Positions 25,921-32,904 of a DNA stretch of 34,349 bases are shown here, one piece after another. Where the stretch lies: positions 1-34,349 of the forward strand of contig DAOVZS010000001.1 in the NCBI GenBank assembly GCA_030635005.1, in the 5' to 3' direction. Origin of the DNA: Thiomargarita sp. (lineage in GTDB: Bacteria > Pseudomonadota > Gammaproteobacteria > Beggiatoales > Beggiatoaceae). Made by a program: the position numbers and the translations under genes. Numbering within the stretch: the stretch's first letter is position 1; each line of letters begins with the position of its first letter. The notes beneath the pieces were generated by a model. The model was not told the origin of the DNA. It did not search any database and was given only the letters and a program-made list of their open reading frames with translations.

Positions 25921-27216
25921 ATGAATCCATTTTCTCGACGACAATTCATTAAATTGGTGGGTGCAGTTGGGGCTTTATCCAGTTTAAGTGCCTGTCAATT
26001 CGGTGAAGAAAAGGTCATTGAAGGTCGTGTTGTGATTGTAGGAGGGGGGTTTGGGGGCGCAACTTGTGCTAAGTATATACGTCGTTTTAATCCTAACATT
26101 GAAGTCACTTTAATCGAACGTGATGCAAAGTTTATCACATGCCCTTTTAGTAACATGGTCTTGGCAGGTTTATATGGGATAGATTGGATCACCCATGAAT
26201 ATACTGCGTTACGTGATAAGTATAGTGTAAAGATAATACAAGATACGGTGATCGATATTGAACCTATTGCCAAAAAAGTCTTACTGAAAGGGGGAAAATC
26301 TGTACACTATGATCGCTTAGTGATGTCCCCTGGTATTGATTTTCAGTGGGATGCGATTGAAGGGTATACTGAATCTATCAGTCACCAAATCCCACATGCT
26401 TGGAAAGCGGGGGCGCAAACTTTATTACTACGTGATCAATTGCAAGCGATGAAAGATGGCGGTGTGGTGATTATTGCCCCCCCCCGCAATCCGTTCCGTT
26501 GTCCCCCCGGTCCCTACGAACGTGCGGGTTTAATCGCACATTATCTGAAACAACATAAGCCTAAATCAAAAATCCTGATATTGGATGCTAAAGACACATT
26601 TTCTAAACAAGCTTTATTTACACAAGGCTGGGCAGATTTGTATCCAGGTATGATTGAATGGGTGGAAGGCTCTTTCGGGGGGCATATCACCGGTGTTGAT
26701 GCGAAAACAAACACCTTATATAACAGCGATAAAGAGGCCTATAAGGGTGATGTGATTAATATCATTCCACCCCAAAAAGCAGGGCTTATTGCTCATAAGG
26801 TGGGTTTAGTGAATGAGGACGGTTGGTGTCCTATTAATCAAAGAACTTTTGAGTCTCAAAAACATGCAGACATTCATGTGATTGGGGATGCGTGTATTGG
26901 AAGTAAAATGCCCAAATCAGGTTTTGCTGCCAATAGTCAAGCCAAGGTCTGTGCTGCTGCGATTGTCACCAGTTTAGATGGGACAGAAATGCCTGAACCA
27001 TCTTATGTTAATACGTGTTATAGCCTTATTGGACCTGATTATGGCATTTCCGTGGCTGCTGTCTATCGTTTTACGGAACAAGGCATTATGAAAATCAAGG
27101 CTTCTGGAGGGGTGAGTCCCCAAAATGCTCATGCTGATTTTCGTAGGAAAGAAGCCCACTATGCTATTGGTTGGTATATGAGTATTACTAATGATATTTT
27201 CGATTCTTTTTCATAA
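25921..27216 (+). CDS. fccB: flavocytochrome c sulfide dehydrogenase flavoprotein subunit (FCSD/SoxF family)
   Basis: Twin-arginine signal SRRQFIK. FAD fold VVIVGGGFGGATCAKY. Conserved FRCPPGPYERA and KSGFAANSQAKVCA segments. Confidence 0.87.
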   Translation: MNPFSRRQFIKLVGAVGALSSLSACQFGEEKVIEGRVVIVGGGFGGATCAKYIRRFNPNIEVTLIERDAKFITCPFSNMVLAGLYGIDWITHEYTALRDKYSVKIIQDTVIDIEPIAKKVLLKGGKSVHYDRLVMSPGIDFQWDAIEGYTESISHQIPHAWKAGAQTLLLRDQLQAMKDGGVVIIAPPRNPFRCPPGPYERAGLIAHYLKQHKPKSKILILDAKDTFSKQALFTQGWADLYPGMIEWVEGSFGGHITGVDAKTNTLYNSDKEAYKGDVINIIPPQKAGLIAHKVGLVNEDGWCPINQRTFESQKHADIHVIGDACIGSKMPKSGFAANSQAKVCAAAIVTSLDGTEMPEPSYVNTCYSLIGPDYGISVAAVYRFTEQGIMKIKASGGVSPQNAHADFRRKEAHYAIGWYMSITNDIFDSFS

Positions 27217-27238
27217 TTTATGATATTTAAATACAACA

Positions 27239-28255
27239 ATGGATATTAAATCTGCATTAAAAGCCGTCATCGCACATCAAGATCTGAGCAGGGATGAGAT
27301 GTCTTCTGTCATGCGTAGCATCATGACAGGTGAAACGACCCCTGCCCAAATCGGTGGTTTTTTGATTGCGCTGCGCATGAAAGGCGAAACGGTGGATGAA
27401 ATTACTGCAGCCACCAGTATCATGCGTGAATTGGTTACCCCTGTATCTGTTGAAACGCAACATTTAGTAGATATTGTGGGTACGGGGGGAGATGGCTTAA
27501 ATACCTTTAATATTTCAACGAGCAGTGCCATTGTTGTTGCAGCGGCTGGCGGAAAAGTCGCGAAACATGGTAATCGTTCTGTGTCCAGTAAATCAGGAAG
27601 TGCGGATGTTTTGGAGGCGTTAGGGGTTAATATTAATCTCACTCCTGAACAAGTAGCTGAATGTGTCAATACACTGGGTATTGGCTTTATGTTTGCACCG
27701 CTACATCACAGTGCGATGAAACATGCCATAGGTCCCCGTCGTGAAATGGGCGTACGGACTATTTTTAATATATTAGGTCCTTTAACCAATCCTGCCAATA
27801 CCCCTAATCAACTTTTGGGTGTTTTTAGTAAACAGTGGGTAGAACCTTGTGCCAATGTATTAAAGCAATTAGGCAGTACACACGTATTAGTTGTCCATTC
27901 TGAAGATGGTTTAGATGAAATCAGTATTGCTGCCCCCACTGATATCGCTGAATTGCAAAATGGGATTATCACCACTTACACGATTACACCTGAAGATTTT
28001 GGCTTGAAGCGAGCCCCGCTTGCTAAAATACAAGTCGATTCCATTGCAAACAGCATGAAAATGGTGCATCAAGTATTTGATAATCATGATTGTCCCGCAA
28101 GAGATATCGTGGTGCTTAATGCAGGTGCTGCTATTTATGCTGCTGGTTTAACAGATACGCTTGCAGAAGGCGTTATAAAAGCACAAGATGTTTTAAGGGA
28201 TGGAAAGGCACGGGATACACTCACGGCTTGGATAACACTTACTCAAAAATTTTAG
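27239..28255 (+). CDS. trpD: anthranilate phosphoribosyltransferase
   Basis: [54 protein letters not shown] and FMFAPLHH. Confidence 0.95.
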   Translation: MDIKSALKAVIAHQDLSRDEMSSVMRSIMTGETTPAQIGGFLIALRMKGETVDEITAATSIMRELVTPVSVETQHLVDIVGTGGDGLNTFNISTSSAIVVAAAGGKVAKHGNRSVSSKSGSADVLEALGVNINLTPEQVAECVNTLGIGFMFAPLHHSAMKHAIGPRREMGVRTIFNILGPLTNPANTPNQLLGVFSKQWVEPCANVLKQLGSTHVLVVHSEDGLDEISIAAPTDIAELQNGIITTYTITPEDFGLKRAPLAKIQVDSIANSMKMVHQVFDNHDCPARDIVVLNAGAAIYAAGLTDTLAEGVIKAQDVLRDGKARDTLTAWITLTQKF

Positions 28256-28265
28256 GAGAAAACGT

Positions 28266-29069
28266 ATGCAGACCATCTTAGGACGTGCTATTTTCAGTTT
28301 TGGACTATTCTTCTGTTTGTTAGCAAGCGTACTGACCATAACCGTTGTCGTAACGCAACAACAGCAGGATGATAGCCTGATCGTCAATTTGTCGGGACGA
28401 CAACGGATGTTGACCCAGAAAATGACTAAGGAAATACTTATTTTTTCAAGTATCGCACTGAGTGCGCCTCAAAATAAAAATATGCTGAGGGTATGGAAAA
28501 CACAACTTGAAAAAACAATGGATGTGTTTGATACTACGCTATTTGCACTTAAAAATGGTGGATTAGCGCCGCTTGATCTGGAAAAAAAGAAGTTTAGAAA
28601 ACTGCCCCCCGCTATGCAACTAAATATAAAAATGGGCTTGGAAACAGTTGTGAATCTGTGGTTGACATTTAAGCAAAATATGATGTTGGTCATTCATTCT
28701 GAGGGGCGAGACACACAGGCTATGAATTATGTTATTTCTCATAATGTTCAATTATTAAAAGCAATGAATAAAGTGGTTTTTCAAATGCAGGCTGAGGCTG
28801 AAGAAGATGTTTTATTCATGTTTAATGCACAATTACTGGCTGTTATTTTGGGTGCATTATTGGTAATTATTATGATTTTAACAGTGAAACTGTCTATTGT
28901 GAACCCTATCAATAATTTGGTCACTGCTGCCAATTCAATGAGTTTGGGGAATTTGAATCAAGCCATTAGTGCATCTGGTTTGCGTGAGATTAGGGAATTG
29001 TCAAACTCGCTTGATAGAATGCGGATTAGCTTACAAAGGATGATGGATAGATGTATCAAAAAACATTAA
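28266..29069 (+). CDS. membrane sensor protein: PilJ/NarX-type periplasmic domain + TM + HAMP, no output domain
   Basis: TM1, then the NLSGRQRMLTQKMTKE box typical of PilJ/nitrate-sensor N-terminal domains, then TM2, then HAMP (VNPINNLVTAANSMSLGNLNQAI...REIRELSNSLDRM). The ORF ends about 10 aa after HAMP. Confidence 0.7.
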   Translation: MQTILGRAIFSFGLFFCLLASVLTITVVVTQQQQDDSLIVNLSGRQRMLTQKMTKEILIFSSIALSAPQNKNMLRVWKTQLEKTMDVFDTTLFALKNGGLAPLDLEKKKFRKLPPAMQLNIKMGLETVVNLWLTFKQNMMLVIHSEGRDTQAMNYVISHNVQLLKAMNKVVFQMQAEAEEDVLFMFNAQLLAVILGALLVIIMILTVKLSIVNPINNLVTAANSMSLGNLNQAISASGLREIRELSNSLDRMRISLQRMMDRCIKKH

Positions 29070-29419
29070 GGTCTCCCTTTTGGTTATATGGCATTGCTGC
29101 CGGTATAATGACAATAGGTGTGATGTCTTTATGCTATACATTAGGTATTCATATTTTGATTTCTTATTTAATATCAATTAATGTGTCTACATTTTTTATG
29201 TATGGTTATGATAAAATGATTGCAGGTACCTCGTTATTAAGAGTGCCAGAATGGATTTTACATGGGCTTGTCATAGGCGGGGGTTCTCCTGCTGGACTGA
29301 TGGCTCAAAAAGTATTTCGTCATAAGACAGTTAAAGGCTCTTTCCAATTAGTATATTGGGGAATTGTCATTATTCAAGTCGTGATTTTTGTTTTGTTAAT
29401 GTTGTATTATTATAAATAA
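29051..29419 (+). CDS. DUF1294 family membrane protein
   Basis: YGYDKMIAGTSLLRVPEWILHGLVIGGGSPAGLMAQKVFRHKTVKGSFQ matches the DUF1294 core (DK..A...RIPE..L....GG..G......HKT.K..F). It overlaps the upstream gene by 19 nt. Confidence 0.75.
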   Translation: MYQKTLRSPFWLYGIAAGIMTIGVMSLCYTLGIHILISYLISINVSTFFMYGYDKMIAGTSLLRVPEWILHGLVIGGGSPAGLMAQKVFRHKTVKGSFQLVYWGIVIIQVVIFVLLMLYYYK

Positions 29420-29430
29420 AGGCAGTTGAT

Positions 29431-30615
29431 ATGAAGTCGGCCCCAAGGGAAATTATAACCCCTCGTCCTAAAATGTCCCTGACTATTCCAAAAGGAATGG
29501 CGCCAGTGGAATTTTTTAACAGTCCTGCTAATTTAAAAAATTTAGCTGAAGAAAACGGTTTATTTAGGACACCTGAAAACTTGTTAATGTATCGCAAGTT
29601 GATTGGTCATAGCGTTGAATTTGATGCGTCTATTATTTTAGATACTTCTAAACGCATCTTAGATCCCTTGGGACGTCCGGTGAGACGTGATCAAGTGTCC
29701 CGTAATCAAAAGAAAGTGTGGAATCACATGACACGTATTCTATTTGAATACATGTTAGATCAGTATCCTGATCCTGCTAAACATCTGATTTTATGCGGTG
29801 AGGCCAGTTTAGATGCGACATGGCCTTTAAATAAACCGGGTGTGCCCAGTATTCGTATGATCCATAATCATTTTATGGCTTTTCCGATGCAGGAATTGGA
29901 GACGGCACAACACGCCAATCCTATGGATCCGAATTTAACAGATAGTGGTCATCATAGTTTATTTTTACGCCATTTAAGCGGCATTTATCATGAATTTTTA
30001 GAAGTCCTTGATCTACAAATTTTGTCTCCCATAGACAGTGCGGAATCGTCACTAAAACTAACGGGTTATCCACAAGGTTTACCCTGCTGGGAGGTTAAAG
30101 GGGGGGCGAAAATGCTGAGAAATCGTTATTTCTGGTATGAATATGAGCAAGTCTTATTAGGATTCTTAGATTTTTATCGCACCTTTTTCTCTTTAGTGGC
30201 GACAGGTGATCCTTTGGTACCCAAACAGGCTAATTTCTCTCAACAAATCAATGAGGTGTTATTAGACAGTGGACGTTTTCAACGGGTGGCTCGTGATTTA
30301 CGCGAAAAAGTGATTCAAGATCCTTTATTTGCTAATGAAATTCGTTGGCGTCCAGCGTATAAACAATTGTTATATCGTGATGATTCGGGACGTTTGATTG
30401 TGACCATTTCTCAAAATTCAGTGGGCAATGCGATTACAGAACTTTTGGGTATAGTGGTCAAACGAAAAGAAGATGTGGAAGCATACGCAGCTGCAGAACC
30501 GGGTTTAGTCGGTAGATTATTAGAAGCAAGAGCACGGCTCGTTGAGGCAAATATCGGTGAAGTGATTGCTGCACCCGCTTGGGCAACAGGAGAATTTGTG
30601 CCCCATCCAGTATAA
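29431..30615 (+). CDS. hypothetical protein, 394 aa, no family recognised (possible HIT/GalT-like fold)
   Basis: Long uninterrupted ORF 11 nt after the DUF1294 gene. It contains PSIRMIHNHFMAF (nt 29848-29883), which resembles the HIT histidine motif. Soluble, with no TM helix or signal peptide. Confidence 0.6.
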   Translation: MKSAPREIITPRPKMSLTIPKGMAPVEFFNSPANLKNLAEENGLFRTPENLLMYRKLIGHSVEFDASIILDTSKRILDPLGRPVRRDQVSRNQKKVWNHMTRILFEYMLDQYPDPAKHLILCGEASLDATWPLNKPGVPSIRMIHNHFMAFPMQELETAQHANPMDPNLTDSGHHSLFLRHLSGIYHEFLEVLDLQILSPIDSAESSLKLTGYPQGLPCWEVKGGAKMLRNRYFWYEYEQVLLGFLDFYRTFFSLVATGDPLVPKQANFSQQINEVLLDSGRFQRVARDLREKVIQDPLFANEIRWRPAYKQLLYRDDSGRLIVTISQNSVGNAITELLGIVVKRKEDVEAYAAAEPGLVGRLLEARARLVEANIGEVIAAPAWATGEFVPHPV

Positions 30616-30630
30616 ATCCTTTGAAACTTG

Positions 30631-30661
30631 GCAGGTTTGCTTTAAAACCTGCTCGGTTTTT
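30631..30661 (+). terminator. hairpin plus T-run between the unknown gene and rtcB (possible partial terminator or attenuator)
   Basis: GCAGGTTT-gcttta-AAACCTGC followed by TCGGTTTTT. The T-run starts 4 nt after the stem, so it is only moderately terminator-like. Confidence 0.35.
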
Positions 30662-30681
30662 CTGAACTTATGAGGTGATTG

Positions 30682-31881
30682 ATGCCTATTAAACGCGTTC
30701 TTTCAAACGGTAAAGTGCCTGTTAAAATTTATACAGATGATATTGAGGCCTCTGCTGAAAAGCAATTGCATGAATTATCTACTTTACCTTTTATTTTTAA
30801 ACATATTGCTGCGATGCCTGATGTACATTGTGGCATCGGGGCAACGATTGGATCTGTGATTCCAACACGGGGTGCTATTATTCCCGCAGCGGTCGGTGTG
30901 GATATCGGTTGTGGCATGTCTGCAGTCCAATTATCATTAAAAGCTTCTGATTTACCTGATAATTTGTCTCATATTCGCATGCAATTTGAACAAGCAGTCC
31001 CTGTGGGCTTTGAAATGCACCCTAATCCCACGATCAACGACCTTTCTCAACAGACAATGGGTTCACAATTAGATGAGCTACTCCAAAAACATCCCACTTT
31101 GATTAAAATGAAAAAGAATTTTCATGATGATTGGAAATTGCAATTAGGTACTTTGGGGAGTGGTAATCATTTTATAGAATTGTGTCTTGATGAACATCAA
31201 AACGTTTGGGTGATGTTACATTCGGGAAGTCGGGGGGTGGGTAATGTGATTGGGAGATATTTTATTGGCTTGGCTAAAAGAGATATGGAAAAATGGTTTA
31301 TTCATCTCCCTAATGCTGATTTAGCCTATTTGCCACAAGGGACTGAGCATTTTGATGATTATTGGCACGCTGTTTTATGGGCACAAGAGTATGCACGGAT
31401 TAATCGTGATGAAATGATGCGTTTAATTTTAAAGGCTTTAGGCGGTGTTCATTTGCCTGCCTTTACTTTGGTCAATAAAGCCATCAGTTGCCATCATAAT
31501 TATGTCGCCTTAGAAAATCATTATAAAGCAAATGTCTTTTTAACCCGAAAAGGGGCAATTAGTGCCCGAGAGGGGGAATGGGGTATTATTCCCGGTAGTA
31601 TGGGCACGCAATCATATATTGTTCAAGGTAAAGGGGAACAAAACAGTTTTTGTTCTTGTAGTCATGAGGCAGGACGTCGTATGGGACGTAAAGAGGCAAA
31701 ACGACGTTTTAACATTGAGGATATGGTTGCACAAACCCAAGGCGTAGAATGTCGTAAAGATGAAAGTGTGATTGATGAAATTCCAGCTGCCTATAAATCT
31801 ATTGAAACGGTTATGGCCAATCAAAATGATTTGGTGGAGATCGTGCATACCTTAAAACAGGTGGTGTGTGTGAAAGGATGA
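30682..31881 (+). CDS. rtcB: RNA-splicing ligase RtcB (3'-phosphate/5'-hydroxyl nucleic acid ligase)
   Basis: AMPDVHCGIGATIGSV, GVDIGCGM, GSGNHFIE, LHSGSRGVGN, CHHNY and IPGSMG motifs. ATG at 30682 is preceded by a GAGGTG SD. Confidence 0.93.
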   Translation: MPIKRVLSNGKVPVKIYTDDIEASAEKQLHELSTLPFIFKHIAAMPDVHCGIGATIGSVIPTRGAIIPAAVGVDIGCGMSAVQLSLKASDLPDNLSHIRMQFEQAVPVGFEMHPNPTINDLSQQTMGSQLDELLQKHPTLIKMKKNFHDDWKLQLGTLGSGNHFIELCLDEHQNVWVMLHSGSRGVGNVIGRYFIGLAKRDMEKWFIHLPNADLAYLPQGTEHFDDYWHAVLWAQEYARINRDEMMRLILKALGGVHLPAFTLVNKAISCHHNYVALENHYKANVFLTRKGAISAREGEWGIIPGSMGTQSYIVQGKGEQNSFCSCSHEAGRRMGRKEAKRRFNIEDMVAQTQGVECRKDESVIDEIPAAYKSIETVMANQNDLVEIVHTLKQVVCVKG

Positions 31882-31992
31882 CTTAAATGCGTAAGCTTAT
31901 ATCTATTGAAGAACTATTAATATTATTATTGATATACTGCCAATTATACTCACTATTAAGAAAAATTAATTGATTAAAAATCATCAAAATTG

Positions 31993-32031
31993 AAAATAAA
32001 TTACTTTTAATCAAAAATAGTAATTTATTTT
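31993..32031. repeat. perfect 13-bp inverted repeat (AT-only hairpin) in the 445-bp AT-rich spacer
   Basis: AAAATAAATTACT (31993-32005), a 13-nt loop, AGTAATTTATTTT (32019-32031). It is flanked on both sides by TAAAAATCA words (31975-31983 and 32031-32039). Confidence 0.8.
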
Positions 32032-32236
32032 AAAAATCAATAACTTACAAGACTGATTATCCCTAAAAATCGTCAGGTTATATCAAGTATTAAAAGAAAT
32101 AATATCATCAGTTTTTGTATATAAGTATTTCTTAATATAACCATATATTTCAATAAAATCAATCACTTATAATGTAAATTCTCTCTAAATTTCTCAAATT
32201 ATACTTATCATAAAAATAAACAATGAAAAAAGGGTA

Positions 32237-32266
32237 TTGCAAGTCTAAAAAGAAAGATAATATAAT
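32237..32266 (+). promoter_or_regulatory. candidate sigma70 promoter for the 3D-domain gene
   Basis: TTGCAA (32237-32242), 18-nt spacer, TATAAT (32261-32266), 60 nt upstream of the ATG at 32327. An AAGGGA SD lies 10 nt before the start. Confidence 0.4.
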
Positions 32267-32326
32267 AACCCTATCATTTACTAAACAATTAATTTTTTAA
32301 TTAAATAATTTAAGGGAATTTACAAC

Positions 32327-32719
32327 ATGCGCTCTAACAACATACGTTACAATTTAGGCCTTATCATTATATTATCACTTATATTATTACCAGGAACTGT
32401 ATCAAGTAATTCAAAGCGTATACTTAAGGTGACGGCAACTGCATATAGCTCTACAGTAGGTCAAACAGATAGCACCCCTACACTTGCAGCTTGGAATAAT
32501 CGTTTAAAACCTGGAATGAAAGTGATTGCAGTGTCTCGTGATTTACTCAAAATGGGATTAACAAATGGGACTAAAGTGAGAATTGCTGGCTTAAGTGGCG
32601 TATATACTGTTAGAGACAAAATGAATAAACGTTGGACAAAGAAAATTGACCTTTATATGGGTAATGATCTTCAAGCAGCTAAAAATTGGGGCAATCGTAA
32701 AGTGGTTATTCAATGGTAA
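32327..32719 (+). CDS. secreted 3D (Asp-Asp-Asp) domain protein (MltA/YuiC-like double-psi beta-barrel)
   Basis: Signal peptide (LGLIIILSLILLPGTVSS). VTATAYSSTVGQTDSTPTLAAW, VIAVSRDLL, YTVRDKMNKRW.KKIDLYMG and NWGNRKV fit the 3D-domain pattern. Confidence 0.75.
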   Translation: MRSNNIRYNLGLIIILSLILLPGTVSSNSKRILKVTATAYSSTVGQTDSTPTLAAWNNRLKPGMKVIAVSRDLLKMGLTNGTKVRIAGLSGVYTVRDKMNKRWTKKIDLYMGNDLQAAKNWGNRKVVIQW

Positions 32720-32741
32720 GCATTCATTTAATACAGCATTC

Positions 32742-32767
32742 AACCCAAGGGGATTTCCCCATGGGTT
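32742..32767 (+). terminator. GC-rich hairpin 22 nt after the 3D-domain gene stop (possible terminator, no U-tract)
   Basis: AACCCA-A-GGGG-attt-CCCC-A-TGGGTT gives 10 bp with one A/A mismatch. It stands out in an AT-rich context. Confidence 0.35.
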
Positions 32768-32812
32768 AAAACATACGTAATTATTTACCAATTCTTCTTG
32801 CATCTTTCTCTT

Positions 32813-32822
32813 CCCCCCCCCC
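32813..32822. repeat. C10 homopolymer tract in the intergenic region upstream of the ATPase gene
   Basis: Ten consecutive C residues counted directly. The tract lies between TTGCAT (32798-32803) and GATATT (32823-32828). Confidence 0.9.
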
Positions 32823-32904
32823 GATATTTCCCAACTGATAAAGTTTCCTTTAAAAAGAGATAAAATCATATTGATTTATCCTAAAAAAAAGGATAATATG
32901 AGTT

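Noticed and set aside
27217-27238. A possible trp attenuator or leader peptide upstream of trpD.
   Set aside because: The gap after fccB is only 22 nt. There is no Trp-codon leader ORF and no alternative hairpins.
27277-27669. Antisense ORFs of 60-130 aa inside strongly recognisable genes (for example 27277-27669, 1833-2159, 2994-3284, 5598-5897, 7549-7821, 25995-26273, 31612-31848).
   Set aside because: All lie opposite CDSs with clear family motifs. They have no recognisable motifs or SD sequences of their own. They are expected by chance at this length.
32054-32069. DnaA-box-like TTATCCCTA, and a 16-nt word TGATTATCCCTAAAAA that recurs as TGATTTATCCTAAAAA at 32872-32887, flanking the 3D-domain gene. 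I considered a replication origin and cassette-flanking direct repeats.
   Set aside because: There is only one imperfect DnaA-like box and no dnaA/dnaN/gidA context or box cluster. The two words differ by an indel and are mostly A/T, so chance similarity in AT-rich DNA cannot be excluded. No recombinase is nearby.
32591-32869. A 92-aa minus-strand ORF that would place the G10 tract (as GGG codons) inside a coding frame, a candidate phase-variable gene.
   Set aside because: It overlaps the 3' end of the well-supported 3D-domain gene by about 130 nt in antisense. It spans that gene's terminator hairpin and has no recognisable motifs or SD. The promoter-spacer interpretation of the tract is more economical.
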